Origin: an uncultured bacterium
GTDB taxonomy: Bacteria > Patescibacteriota > Minisyncoccia > Phycocordibacterales > PALSA-1337
Reading direction: 5' to 3'
Length of the DNA stretch: 57,356 nt
Assembly (NCBI GenBank): GCA_903839725.1
Contig: CAIMDG010000001.1
Span: 301,315 to 358,670 of the forward strand
The position numbers and the translations under genes are program-made. This document shows, one piece after another, positions 46,808 to 57,356 of the stretch. Position 1 is the stretch's first letter; each line of letters starts with the position of its first letter. The notes beneath the pieces are model-generated. The model had not been told where the DNA came from, made no database searches, and saw only the letters and a program-made list of their open reading frames with translations.

Positions 46808-48103
46808 TTAAAATGTCTTACGTAGCATAATATCATATTGAGACTTTGTATCCTTAATCGTTTGGAATATAGTCTTTCCGCCACTTGTAAACGAATTAAT
46901 CATATCACCGAACAACTGTTCTGATCGTGAAGGATCTATATCTAACCACGTCTTCGAAATCAAAGCTGACTGATTGAATATTGAGAGATACTGATCTGAC
47001 GACCCTTGAGCTAGCACATCACGTCGAGGACTTGCTGCATACAATGTTTGAGCGAGCTTTTTCATATACTGAGGATCAGTAAGAATTGTAACAGCTTTGA
47101 GTGCAGAACTTACATTCGGTGAAGATCGCACAAGTGAAAATCCGAGTAGTTGACCATATGTTGCCTTCACTCCACCAGAACGTGCTTGTGGCAAAGAAGC
47201 GACATCAAAATTCAAATTTGGATTCTTTTCGCGAATATTTTTTAATTCAGATGCAAATCCAAAATAGGTTGCTACTGTTCCTGCTAAGAATGCTTTCTTC
47301 GAATCTGCCATACTGCGATTCCAAGAATAATTGACATTGGATGGATCAACAAATTGTGAGAAAAATTGGATTGCCGGTACTGGACTTGTCTTGTCATCAG
47401 CATTCAAAGTACTTTGAATAACCCCTCGACTATCTGCCTGAGTAATAGGATTTCCTACTTGCATCAATAATGAAGCGAATATTTCTCGAGCATTAGTAAC
47501 ATTGTTGAAATCTCCGAGCGCAACTGCTGATTTACGAATTGTTCCATTTTGGTCCTTAATCGTTAATTTTTTATTGAGAGCAGTAAACTCATCCCAAAAA
47601 CGAGGATAGGTTGCAACACCTGCAGCGTCAAATACGTCGCGATTCCAATACATAACGAGTGGATCGACAGTGAATGGAATGGCCCAAACGCCCTTTGTGG
47701 ATAGGTAAATATTGGCTTCTTGTATGTATGTGTCGACAAATGTGCGTTGAGATATAGTTTGGTATGAGATTGGCATAATCTTATCTTCATGAGGCAACAT
47801 TCTGTCTGCAGAAATGAGAATAGCGTCAGGTCCAGTTCCTCGTGCTAATGCTGATATGAAATCTTGCGAGAAATTCGATGGTTTTTCTTCGACATACTTA
47901 ATAACCAACGGATCACTCAATGTGCCATTAATTTGAACAACATATTTATTGAATGTATCTGAAGGAAATGTTCCCCAAATTGTAATAGGTGGAAGTTTGT
48001 TGGGATGTGCAGCACCCTTGTACATAGCAAAAGCAATAACGCCAGCAATAATAGCAACTACGAAAATGACAAGTGTTATTAATTGGAATTTACTTATATT
48101 CAT
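46808..48103 (-). CDS. Extracellular solute-binding protein (sugar-binding family 1-like), TM-anchored
   Basis: ITIWG, GTGPD, AIPFTVDPLVMYWNRDVF, FLAG..A.YFG. Confidence 0.85.
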   Translation of the reverse strand: MNISKFQLITLVIFVVAIIAGVIAFAMYKGAAHPNKLPPITIWGTFPSDTFNKYVVQINGTLSDPLVIKYVEEKPSNFSQDFISALARGTGPDAILISADRMLPHEDKIMPISYQTISQRTFVDTYIQEANIYLSTKGVWAIPFTVDPLVMYWNRDVFDAAGVATYPRFWDEFTALNKKLTIKDQNGTIRKSAVALGDFNNVTNAREIFASLLMQVGNPITQADSRGVIQSTLNADDKTSPVPAIQFFSQFVDPSNVNYSWNRSMADSKKAFLAGTVATYFGFASELKNIREKNPNLNFDVASLPQARSGGVKATYGQLLGFSLVRSSPNVSSALKAVTILTDPQYMKKLAQTLYAASPRRDVLAQGSSDQYLSIFNQSALISKTWLDIDPSRSEQLFGDMINSFTSGGKTIFQTIKDTKSQYDIMLRKTF

Positions 48104-48104
48104 A

Positions 48105-48623
48105 TTATTGTTTTATAAAAACCAACCCATAATGATGATCACCGGCATTAAATGTAGTATCCAATTTGAATCCTGACTTCTCAAATAAAGTTTGTGCCTT
48201 TATTGATGGAAAAAAATTCTTTGGTCCAAGAACACTGATCTCTGTCCAATCAATGACAAGCAACTTACCTCCTGGTTTCAAAAGACGTTTTACTTCCAAA
48301 GCAAATTCATCAGGTTTTTCTATTTGAAATAAGATATTTGAAGCAATAATACGATCAGCGATAGATTCACGGAGTTTTGTACCACCAATCTTCTCGACAT
48401 TACCCCATACAATCTCAATATTATGTAATCCTTGATGGGCACCCATTGAACGGAGACGTTCGAGTAGATCTTTCTGTACATCAACGGCATATACACGACC
48501 ACTAGCACCAACACGCTTTGCGGCTTCTAAGGTATAGAATCCTGATCCAGCTCCTAGGTCAACTACTTTCTGGCCATCTTCGAGGCCAAATCTTGCAAGA
48601 TTCGATGCGGGGTCTGAGAACAT
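48105..48623 (-). CDS. Class I SAM-dependent methyltransferase
   Basis: VVDLGAGSG, VYAVDVQ, LLKPGGKLLVIDW. Confidence 0.9.
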   Translation of the reverse strand: MFSDPASNLARFGLEDGQKVVDLGAGSGFYTLEAAKRVGASGRVYAVDVQKDLLERLRSMGAHQGLHNIEIVWGNVEKIGGTKLRESIADRIIASNILFQIEKPDEFALEVKRLLKPGGKLLVIDWTEISVLGPKNFFPSIKAQTLFEKSGFKLDTTFNAGDHHYGLVFIKQ

Positions 48624-48854
48624 GAGTATATTATACCAGAGTCAACGAAATATATGGCTAGAATATGGGGACAAACTTACAAACAAATCAAACTTACTGA
48701 TACAACAATAAATATTGACATATAATACATTCTATGATTATATAATTGTATCACTCGTTAAATGGGTGAACCTTTAAATACTCTGCTCGGGTATTATGCA
48801 CCATGTTCATGGTACGCATCCAATGATGGTTGAGGTAATTCTGAAAGGAATAAT

Positions 48855-49274
48855 ATGAGCACATTGAAAGATCGCGAATACACACTGAATGTGGCGCGGC
48901 AGTTCCTTCAAAGCACGTCAAATAACCCTTTACTGAGCAGGGGCCGGTTTGATGAAATATGTCGTAAAAGTGGAAGGGATGCATCCTCTTTTCACGGATA
49001 CTTCGCCTGCGCTGCATGTGATTTCCTGCAAAAATTTCAAGGAGATAAACTTCAGAAAATTTTATGTGCAGCACCTCATCCTGAAGAAGCTCCTACCTAC
49101 CCATTAAAAGGCCCTATGAAGACCGCAATCCGATCTCTTGAGCCGTCGAAGGATTGGCTATTAAATGGTGACGGTGAAATGATTCTCAGAAAGCTGGCAG
49201 CGGTTACTTTAGTCGCGGCAGCTTATGATCTCTGTTACATCAAACACCATCAAAATAATACTCGTCCATCATAA
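48855..49274 (+). CDS. Hypothetical protein
   Basis: AAGGA SD, own TTGACA promoter (48715), bidirectional hairpin 49300-49340. Confidence 0.55.
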   Translation: MSTLKDREYTLNVARQFLQSTSNNPLLSRGRFDEICRKSGRDASSFHGYFACAACDFLQKFQGDKLQKILCAAPHPEEAPTYPLKGPMKTAIRSLEPSKDWLLNGDGEMILRKLAAVTLVAAAYDLCYIKHHQNNTRPS

Positions 49275-49356
49275 AATGGAACTTTACGACCCTTACATGA
49301 AAAGACCCTCACACGGAACTTCTTATGCGAGGGTCTTTTTATATGTATGAAAATTT

Positions 49357-51843
49357 TTACAAACAAATCAAACTCGCCAGTGAATCCCCTTCGCGGAGTT
49401 TCATGACACGAACACCTTGGGTAGCACGACTGAGAGTAGGAATTTCTTTGATATCAACACGGATAACCTGACTCTTCTTTGACATAGCTACAATCTCTTC
49501 ATCGTCATCAGTCACTACCTTTGCAGCCATCAGTGGACCAGTCTTTGCAGTTACATTCATCGTCAATATACCTGACCCTCCACGATTTTGAATCTTATAC
49601 TCAGAAAGGTCAGTCTTTTTACCATAGCCATTTGCACCCATAACGAACAATGCGGGATTCTTTGCAGACTTGGAAACAACGTCAGCGGATATAACTTCAT
49701 CACCTTTGCCGAGTTTGACTACACGGACGCCGGCGGCATTTCTGCCCATTTCACGAACATCACCTTCCTCGAAGTGAATAGACTGACCTTCCTTGGTAGC
49801 AATCATGATCTCATCATTCTTGGAAACAAATGAGGCTGACATGAGTTCGTCACCGTCATCGAGAGTAATAGCAATCAAGCCAGAACGACGAACATCCTTG
49901 AAATGTGAAGCAGAAGACTTCTTGCCAGTACCGCCCTTGGTAACCATCACCAACGAAAGATTGTCTGCGGCTTTCTTGTCCTTTGGCATCGGCAAAATAG
50001 AGGTGATACGTTCACCTTCTGCAAGTGAAAGGAAATTCATCACAGACTTGCCACGAGTTGCACGTTTACCTTCAGGAATATCGTACATCTTGATCTGATA
50101 GGCTTTACCCTTGTCAGTGAAGAATAGGATATCGTTGTGAGTTGTAGCAAAAATGAGGTGTGAGATAAAATCCTCTTCTTTGGTATCAAGGTCAACTACT
50201 CCAACACCACCGCGCTTCTGTTTGCGGTATTCATCAGGATTGGTGCGCTTGATATAGCCACCCTTGGTGAGAACCAAAACCGACTCTTCATCAGCGATGA
50301 GATCTTCAGGATTGAACTCTTTGACACCATGTTTGACGATCTTGGTGCGGCGCTCATCACCATATCGTGCTTTAATATCGGTGAGTTCAGTCTTGATCAT
50401 GGCGCGGACTTTCTTTTCACTGCCAAGAATACCCTTCAATTCCTCAATAAGTGCCTGGACCTGAGCTAACTCATCGAGCACTTTCTTGCGTTCGAGGCCA
50501 GCCAAACGAACAAGTTTCATTTCGAGAATAGCTGCTGCTTGACGATCAGTGAACTTGAACTTCTTCATGAGGCCAGCGTGAGCTTCGGTACCGTCCTTGG
50601 ATGCACGAATCAACGTAATAATGGCGTCAATGTGATCAAGGGCCTTCTTCAAACCGAGCAATATATGCTCGCGTTCTTCGGCTTTATCGAGGTCAAACTG
50701 GGTACGACGGCGGATAACTTCAATACGGTGAATAATAAATTCTTCGAGAATAGATTTGAGTGACAATGTTTGTGGTACACCACGAACAAGAGCCACCGTA
50801 TTCATATGGAAACTTTCTTCGAGCTGAGTATGTTTGTAGAGCAAGTTAAGGACCTTCTCTGGATATGAACCTTGTTTCAAATCGAGCACAATGCGCATCT
50901 CTTTGTCTGATTCATCACGAAGACCTTTGACACCTTCGATGATCTTTTCACGGACAAGATCGGCCATGCGAATGATAAGTTCTGACTTATTCACGCGATA
51001 TGGAATCGAACTAATGATGATCTGATACTGACCCTTCTTATCTTCAATAATCTCAGCTTCACCACGAACAACCATACCACCACGACCAGTTGCATAGGCA
51101 TGTTGAATGTCTTTTTCACCATACAAAATAGCGCCAGTTGGGAAATCGGGGCCTTTGACGAACTGGAACAAATCTTCTGTTGTGGCATCTTTGTTATCGA
51201 TCAAGTGCATCGTCGCATCGACAACCTCACCGAGGTTATGAGGAGCGATGTTGGTCGCCATACCGACAGCAATACCGAGTGTGCCATTCAAAAGTAGGTT
51301 TGGGACAGCAGTAGGAAGCACTGAAGGTTCTTTGCGTGTACCGTCGTAGTTCGGGTGAAAATCAACAGTGTTCTTATCGATATCACGGAGAAGTTCTGCG
51401 GCCACACGAGACATCTTTGCTTCGGTATAACGCATAGCAGCAGGTGAGTCACCATCGACAGTACCGAAGTTTCCTTGACCTTGAATGAGTGGGTAACGCA
51501 TCGTAAAATCTTGCGCCATTTTGACCATGGAATCATACACCGCAACATCACCGTGTGGATGGAATCCTCCGAGCACATCTCCCACTACCACTGCAGACTT
51601 ACGAAATTTTGCCTGGAATGTGAGACCCTTTTCTTGCATCGCAAATAGAATACGACGGTGCACCGGCTTCAAACCATCACGAACATCAGGAAGTGCACGA
51701 TCAGTGATAACCGACATGGCATAGTCAAGAAATGACTCACGCATTTCGGTGCTGATATTTCGCGCGACGATCCCTGTACCTGTCCCCTCAGCTCGTTCCG
51801 TCAACTCTGTATTTTCTGGTGTATTATCTGATTTTTTGGCCAT
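49357..51843 (-). CDS. gyrA: DNA gyrase subunit A
   Basis: [28 protein letters not shown], GyrA-box QKRGGVG, C-terminal beta-pinwheel repeats. Confidence 0.97.
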   Translation of the reverse strand: MAKKSDNTPENTELTERAEGTGTGIVARNISTEMRESFLDYAMSVITDRALPDVRDGLKPVHRRILFAMQEKGLTFQAKFRKSAVVVGDVLGGFHPHGDVAVYDSMVKMAQDFTMRYPLIQGQGNFGTVDGDSPAAMRYTEAKMSRVAAELLRDIDKNTVDFHPNYDGTRKEPSVLPTAVPNLLLNGTLGIAVGMATNIAPHNLGEVVDATMHLIDNKDATTEDLFQFVKGPDFPTGAILYGEKDIQHAYATGRGGMVVRGEAEIIEDKKGQYQIIISSIPYRVNKSELIIRMADLVREKIIEGVKGLRDESDKEMRIVLDLKQGSYPEKVLNLLYKHTQLEESFHMNTVALVRGVPQTLSLKSILEEFIIHRIEVIRRRTQFDLDKAEEREHILLGLKKALDHIDAIITLIRASKDGTEAHAGLMKKFKFTDRQAAAILEMKLVRLAGLERKKVLDELAQVQALIEELKGILGSEKKVRAMIKTELTDIKARYGDERRTKIVKHGVKEFNPEDLIADEESVLVLTKGGYIKRTNPDEYRKQKRGGVGVVDLDTKEEDFISHLIFATTHNDILFFTDKGKAYQIKMYDIPEGKRATRGKSVMNFLSLAEGERITSILPMPKDKKAADNLSLVMVTKGGTGKKSSASHFKDVRRSGLIAITLDDGDELMSASFVSKNDEIMIATKEGQSIHFEEGDVREMGRNAAGVRVVKLGKGDEVISADVVSKSAKNPALFVMGANGYGKKTDLSEYKIQNRGGSGILTMNVTAKTGPLMAAKVVTDDDEEIVAMSKKSQVIRVDIKEIPTLSRATQGVRVMKLREGDSLASLICL

Positions 51844-51983
51844 AATAAATAAGGTTTTTTATTGAAAAATTGTCTTATAATTATAGCAAAAAATGAGCGC
51901 GAATACACCTTGACGTTGTGAATTATTCAATCTATAAAAACAAAAACAGTGGCTAAGCCACTGTTTTAAAAGTAATGAATGAA

Positions 51984-52274
51984 TTAATTCCCTGGGGATA
52001 CTTCCACCTCTGCATATCTCACCTTTCTGGTACCAAATATCATATCTTTAATATCAACAAACAAACCTCCAACACCCGCAACGAGAGATTGACCTGGGGT
52101 GTTTATCTTTGTAAGTGACACAGAATCTGGAGATGAGACAATCGAAGTCGTGAATGAAGCAAGCCAGAAAGCAAATATAACTGCAGTAAAACCAAATGAG
52201 GACCAGAAAGCGATACGACGTCGAACATGTTCGGGCTTTGCACGAAGTTGTTGTATGTATGCTTGGATAGTCAT
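51984..52274 (-). CDS. Small hypothetical membrane protein
   Basis: LRAKPEHVRRRIAF followed by one TM. Confidence 0.65.
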   Translation of the reverse strand: MTIQAYIQQLRAKPEHVRRRIAFWSSFGFTAVIFAFWLASFTTSIVSSPDSVSLTKINTPGQSLVAGVGGLFVDIKDMIFGTRKVRYAEVEVSPGN

Positions 52275-52321
52275 AAGTATCTATAGTTTACAATGTCAGA
52301 CAATTTGTTACAAGTCTCTTA

Positions 52322-52444
52322 TGTCATACCGGCGAAGGCCGGTATCCAGAAGCATATACTTTGGTTGCATGACTAATATTCATCAACCTTACACGAGATA
52401 ATTACTTTATATGACTCTGGATGCCGACCTTCGTCGGCATGACA
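52322..52444. repeat. Palindromic element family C, intergenic copy
   Basis: tgtcataccggcgaaggccggtatccagaagca...tgactctggatgccgaccttcgtcggcatgaca. Confidence 0.88.
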
Positions 52445-52449
52445 AAAAT

Positions 52450-53082
52450 CTACTCTTTTTCTAACACCATCACATCAGCATTCTTCCCTTCCAAATCCTT
52501 CTTTTTGAGTGTGAACTTTGTTTCTGGCTTTGGATTCTCACCAGCTTCCTTCAAGAAAGCTTTGAGGGCGTCCTTGCTACCAATATCTCCATAGTGAATA
52601 GGGATAATAATCTTTGGTCCAATTGAAACAGCAAGTTTATAGGCCTGTGACACATTCAAGACACCTTCACCTCCAACTGGAACAAAAAGGATATCCACAC
52701 CATCAATACCTTCATCGGCATCTTTCGGGAGTTCAGTTTGATTCAAGGCGCCCAAAAAACAAATGTTCATACCTTCGAGCGTAACTGAATATATGGTATT
52801 GATACGTTTCTCAGAATCATAGCCGGACTCAGACGCAAATCCTTTGATGAATACACCTTTGACCTCGTACTCACCTGGTCCACTAATTGCAAATGGTTTC
52901 TTGTCACCAAATGTTACCTGATCAACACCATTGAAGTCAGGATGGTTGATACTTGAGAGAACAATATCTGCACCAAACTTGGAAGGTTTGAGACTTGAAT
53001 CTTTCGAAATAGGATTGAAAGCAAGAATAGTATCGCCAAACTGAATCTTTACGAATTCTCCGCCAAGGTAATTGATTATCAT
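52450..53082 (-). CDS. MBL-fold metallo-hydrolase-like protein (degenerate metal motif)
   Basis: MIINYLGGEFVKI, ADIVLSSINHPDFN, GPGEYEVKG, DILFVPVGG, IIPIHY; start reassigned to 53082. Confidence 0.8.
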   Translation of the reverse strand: MIINYLGGEFVKIQFGDTILAFNPISKDSSLKPSKFGADIVLSSINHPDFNGVDQVTFGDKKPFAISGPGEYEVKGVFIKGFASESGYDSEKRINTIYSVTLEGMNICFLGALNQTELPKDADEGIDGVDILFVPVGGEGVLNVSQAYKLAVSIGPKIIIPIHYGDIGSKDALKAFLKEAGENPKPETKFTLKKKDLEGKNADVMVLEKE

Positions 53083-53126
53083 GGAGATAGAATAGCAAAT
53101 AATAGAGTTTGTTTCAACGTGATTCA

Positions 53127-53248
53127 GGAAGGTGGCAGGGGTGCCGTACTCATTTTCTGTAGAAGTTTGTAAACATTGGGGTACGCTGTGTAATGTACAT
53201 GTCTCTAAACTTCTACAGAAAATGAGTACGGCACCCCTGCCACCTTCC
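53127..53248. repeat. Long palindromic element family A, copy 2 (42-bp perfect arms, 38-nt spacer)
   Basis: 53127-53168 is the exact reverse complement of 53207-53248; spacer matches copy 1 at 36/38 in the opposite orientation. Confidence 0.92.
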
Positions 53249-53333
53249 CTTACCCTGAAACAAACTCTGTAGGATGGTAATAAAAAACATCCCACCAGAC
53301 CGGAGTCTGGCGGGATTGCATTGAGTCGTAGTA

Positions 53334-53480
53334 TCACGAACGATGCAGACGAAGTCGCCTGAAACGTTTCCATACCTTGCTCAGGTTTGTTTTTGGTGAT
53401 GTTTCCCTGAATTGTTGCATCCAAGACTTGATGCTTGGAAGCGAACTATCAGCCGGCAGGTTTGGGTTATTTACGCACAT
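53334..53480 (-). CDS. Small hypothetical protein (48 aa)
   Basis: MCVNNPNLPADSS...KRFRRLRLHRS followed by terminator atcccgccagac-tccg-gtctggtgggat-gtttttt. Confidence 0.4.
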   Translation of the reverse strand: MCVNNPNLPADSSLPSIKSWMQQFRETSPKTNLSKVWKRFRRLRLHRS

Positions 53481-53714
53481 AAGATTCAACTATTTGTTAG
53501 TAAGCCTACATCTTCCTCGACAAAATGACAATAATCGGGTACATTAACTACCTAACAGCCCGAATACTCATTAAACAAAGTACTCAGCTGTTCCAGGCTA
53601 GAAATTAGAAGTCGTGCGTTAACCTGCAACTAAGTCATGTCTAGTTCATTCGGAACAAAACTGACACATTAATAATTAAAAAGCAGGGCGCTCCGCCAGC
53701 CGGCGGAATACATA

Positions 53715-54920
53715 ATGTTAAAGAAAATTAAGGATAGTTTAGTTGGTACAAAAGAAGCCGAGGTCAAGACCGACGCTGTCGCGAAGAAAGCTCCCAAGTC
53801 AGATGCAGCAACTGTTGCAAAGATGAAGGATGAAATGACCCTCACTGACGAACAGAAAGCCAGTGTTATGGGCAAATTGAGCGCTACTATGAAGAATCCT
53901 CCGATGATCGGAGATCTCGTAGAAGGCCCCGTTATCGCTATCGAAAAGTCATCAGTCTTCATTGACCTTGCACCATTCGGTACTGGTATTATCTATGGCC
54001 GTGAATTCATCACCGCACGCGATGTGATCAAGAAGATCAACGTGGGCGACGTTGTTGCTGCCAAGATCGTCGACAATGCTCATAAGGAAGGTTACTATGA
54101 ATTGTCACTCAAGGAAGCTCGTCAGGCACTCATCTGGAGTGAAGCTGAATCAGCTATCAAAGAAAAGAAAACTCTTGAATTGCTCGTCAAAGAAGCAAAC
54201 AAGGGTGGACTTCTCATTGAATGGCAAGGTATCGTCGGATTCTTGCCTGCTTCTCAGCTCAAGGCTGAGCACTACCCTCGCGTTGGCGATGGTGACAAGG
54301 ACAAGATCCTCGATGAGCTCAAGAAGCTCGTAGGAACACGCCTCGCTGTATCTATCATCACTGCAGATCCAAAAGAAGGTAAGCTTATCTTCTCAGAAAA
54401 GGGTCAAGAAACAAAAGAAAAGGAGAAGATCGTTAGTAAGTATGAAATGGGTGATACCGTTGAAGGTACTGTTACTGGCGTCGTCGACTTCGGTGTCTTC
54501 GTCAAACTCGAAGAAGGACTCGAAGGTCTCGTACACATCTCAGAGATCGATTGGGGTCTCGTCGATGATCCTCGTAACTTCGTGAAGGTTGGCCAGAAGA
54601 TCAAGGCCAAGATTATCGAAATCAAGGAAGGCAAGATTTCCCTCTCATTGAAGCAAATGAAGTCAAACCCATGGACTGAAGCTTCAAAGAAGTACAAGAA
54701 AGACCAAGCAGTTTCTGGTGTTATCATCAAATTCAACAAGCACGGTGCACTCGCTTCTATCGAAGAAGGTGTTGCTGGACTTGTTCACGTTTCAGAATTT
54801 GGCTCAGAAGAAAAGCTCCGCAAGGCGCTCGAACTTGGAAAGACCTACGATTTCAAGATCACTCTCTTCGATCCAAAGGAACAAAAAATGGCATTGGCAT
54901 ATGGTGGAGAAAAGAAATAA
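53715..54920 (+). CDS. rpsA: 30S ribosomal protein S1
   Basis: Four S1 repeats (GFLPASQL, FGVFVKL..GLEGLVHISE, GLVHVSE). Confidence 0.92.
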   Translation: MLKKIKDSLVGTKEAEVKTDAVAKKAPKSDAATVAKMKDEMTLTDEQKASVMGKLSATMKNPPMIGDLVEGPVIAIEKSSVFIDLAPFGTGIIYGREFITARDVIKKINVGDVVAAKIVDNAHKEGYYELSLKEARQALIWSEAESAIKEKKTLELLVKEANKGGLLIEWQGIVGFLPASQLKAEHYPRVGDGDKDKILDELKKLVGTRLAVSIITADPKEGKLIFSEKGQETKEKEKIVSKYEMGDTVEGTVTGVVDFGVFVKLEEGLEGLVHISEIDWGLVDDPRNFVKVGQKIKAKIIEIKEGKISLSLKQMKSNPWTEASKKYKKDQAVSGVIIKFNKHGALASIEEGVAGLVHVSEFGSEEKLRKALELGKTYDFKITLFDPKEQKMALAYGGEKK

Positions 54921-54942
54921 TTTTCACTACATTCTAGCCACA

Positions 54943-54971
54943 CAAAAACCCCTTCAAGGGGTTTTTGTTTT
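54943..54971. terminator. Bidirectional intrinsic terminator
   Basis: caaaaacccc-ttcaa-ggggtttttg between convergent genes. Confidence 0.7.
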
Positions 54972-55000
54972 GATCAGCAGAGCTACTGTTGCTATGAAGG

Positions 55001-55543
55001 TTACAACTTTGACGCAATAGTTTGAGCGAGTGTACTCAACTGCTGGTAAGTAACTGCCTGAGCAGAAGTTTGTGTAATTTGAATAAGAACATTATTTTTC
55101 TTGAAAGTAATACCATTATTTGACGTTGGGGTTTTGTCAGTATAACAAGACGCGCCTTCAGAAATAAACTTATTCTTGCAAAGTGCAGTAAGCATTGCAT
55201 TTGTATCTACAGTTGAACTAAGAACGAATAGAGCACTTCCCTTTGTAATCGATTTAACCAAAGGATTCACTGGGGGGACAATCCAGGAAATACGACAACT
55301 TGTGGCAACCTTAGTTTCAGTAGTGACTACAACACGACCCGTAAGTCCGAGAGTATTTGCTATAACAGTTGGCGTAACATATGCTCCACAATTCAAAATC
55401 TTGGTCTCTGTTGCGACCGACTTTGGTTGAACTGCAACCACTTTTTTATTTTGCACCGATAATACATATCCACCAATTACTACCATAATAATACCCGTAA
55501 CGATAAGCCATACTTTGACAGAACCTTTTTGTGAATGTTTCAT
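55001..55543 (-). CDS. Hypothetical membrane-anchored protein with prepilin-like N-terminus
   Basis: MKHSQKGSV then hydrophobic helix; four Cys in the ectodomain. Confidence 0.65.
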   Translation of the reverse strand: MKHSQKGSVKVWLIVTGIIMVVIGGYVLSVQNKKVVAVQPKSVATETKILNCGAYVTPTVIANTLGLTGRVVVTTETKVATSCRISWIVPPVNPLVKSITKGSALFVLSSTVDTNAMLTALCKNKFISEGASCYTDKTPTSNNGITFKKNNVLIQITQTSAQAVTYQQLSTLAQTIASKL

Positions 55544-55559
55544 TATGGTTTATTAGGTA

Positions 55560-57356
55560 TTAAATATTCAGAGTAGCTGTTGTAATCAATCCCTTTGGAC
55601 TCTTACAAGTAACTTTGAAGCTAAACGTTGTACCAGGGGTGACAACAAATGGTCCCCATCTTCCCAAATCAGAAGGAGCGATTGGTGCGGTGCCTGTGTA
55701 CGCAGCCCCCAAACTAGAACTTTGTTCGAAGGTTCCTGAGGCAGAATCAGCTGAACATTGATAGTACACTGTTTTGTTGGTCTGCAATCCCAATGCAGGA
55801 GAAGAAGATGAATAGAGGATCACCGCAGGAGCAGTTTGACCTTCACCTACCCATGGGTACCAAGCGAGATTCTGCCAAAGATCAGATGCATTATCGGCGC
55901 GTGGAGCTATGTAGATGGTTGAGTAACCTCTATCAACATTACCGGTACTATCTGTTAGGTGACATTCCAACTTGTATTGAGCACCCCCCCATCCAACCAG
56001 GTGTATTATTTTGTCCACCAGACCATATGTTTGGAATTGTTCCATCCGGCAACACTGCTTCCATATTCATTCCATTCAAGCCAACTGCTGTCCACGTAAT
56101 ACCATCTGTTGATCTTTTGAATGAATTAAACTTATTTTTATAAAGACTATTCAACTCATTTTCATTTCGGTTACAACCATAATATATTGATCCGTAGACT
56201 TTACCATTACCATAACTAACTATTGGGTTATTGTAGGTGTCACGAACAGGAATAAATGTAATTGCCCCTGTTGGTACACCAACCCTTGTCGGATACATAG
56301 ACAAACTTACATTGTCTCCAAAGGTACCCATTGAATTTACACATGACAATGAGAACATTGTTGCTCCAAGTAAAGGAGTTCTTGGTCCGGTACCTGGCCA
56401 TTTTACCGGTATTCCAAGTTGTGTTGTACTAACAACACTAGTTGTTGCTATCGAAGGATCATATGAAGCATTTGAACCCCATATACCGAAGAGATTGGTA
56501 CCATCTCCATTTCCTGTACATGATTGTGCGTCAGTTGATGTCCAGAAAAGTTGAGTACCATCATACATCAATGTATTAGTCGTTGATGATTTTGACCCTG
56601 ATGATTGATATCCGTATGCCGAGAACTTAATTGTTGGGGTACAAATTATAGGTCCAGTAGCTGCTGCGGTCGAGAATGTTGGGGAGTCGCCCGAAGCATA
56701 ATATGCGAATACTTTGTAAGAATATTCTGTGGCATATGATGCACCAGTGAATGTGTATGAGAGATCTGGTGTTTCAGCTAATTTCGTATACGTACCGGTA
56801 CCATAATCAGTGAAGACTTTATACCCAATTGCTCCTGTCACTGCACTCCATGACAATCTCACACTGTTAGTACTACATGCTCCCATTATAGCCGCAAAGT
56901 TTGCTGGAGGAAGACATAGTTCTGATGAAGTCGCGAATTGCTGAGTACTTGTCGAAGAATCACCTGAGGCATTCGAAGCTATTACGGTATAGGCATACTG
57001 AGTCGATCCTGACAGGCCAATATCTGTAAATACAAGTGAACTTACTGTTGAAACAATACTACCGTTTCTGTATATCTTATAACTCGTTGCTGTAGGAACA
57101 GCTGACCATGAAATAATAACTCTGCCTCCACAAATAGTATCAGTTGTAGCAACAATTACTGGAGCAACAGGGGCACATGAATGAGATGACGTAGCCGACG
57201 CAGCTGCACTCGCAACAGAATCTCCAGCTGCATTCGATGCTGCTACTGTATAGGTGTAATTTGTTGACACTGTCAATCCGGTATCAGTATATGAAATAGA
57301 AGTTGTTGTAGTAGCGAGTGTGCCATTTCTGTATATCTTGTAACTCGTAGCTATAG
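55560..57356 (-). pseudogene. Large fibronectin type III repeat surface protein, frameshifted at a G7 tract (5' end beyond window)
   Basis: Repeats SYKIYRNG..YTDTGL..YTYTVAASN; ORF 55948-57356 and ORF ending at 55560 join if the C-tract at 55984-55990 is shortened by one base. Confidence 0.75.

Noticed and set aside
53083-53424. N-terminal extension of the MBL-fold ORF
   Set aside because: Crosses a terminator and palindrome A; the ATG at 53082 has a -10 box 6 nt upstream
1-57356. Alternative genetic code (UGA read-through as in Gracilibacteria/Absconditabacteria)
   Set aside because: Core genes are full length under code 11, Trp and Gly use standard codons, and TGA appears as a normal stop

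Overview
Core-genome segment of a small-genome bacterium, most likely CPR/Patescibacteria (Parcubacteria-like). This is inferred from the tandem VirB2/TrbC-like pilins, short hinge-less SMC, NusB-Nudix fusion, short DnaX and near-absence of Shine-Dalgarno sites. It carries housekeeping genes (dnaX, serS, dprA, topA, parB, miaA, rarA, rpmG, alr, murE, FemABX, clpB, smc, rnc, nusB, rpmF, gyrA, rpsA), five tRNAs (Leu-CAA, Trp, Tyr, Lys, Leu-TAG), a DoxX/FMN-binding/ApbE flavinylation module, isolated aroD and hisI, GC-rich orphan genes and a frameshifted FN3 surface-protein gene. No CRISPR array, transposase or integrase is visible. The most unusual content is non-coding. (1) A structured element follows three different tRNAs, each copy carrying antisense sequence matched to its own tRNA's 3' half. 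(2) Two promoter-to-terminator intervals have no credible ORF and look like unannotated structured RNAs. (3) Several palindromic repeat families occur: one shows compensatory stem changes, and two sit in-frame inside ParB, TopA and SMC. (4) A His-codon leader attenuator precedes a lone hisI. (5) Many genes have leaderless-type promoters. All calls come from reading the sequence; no database search was run.
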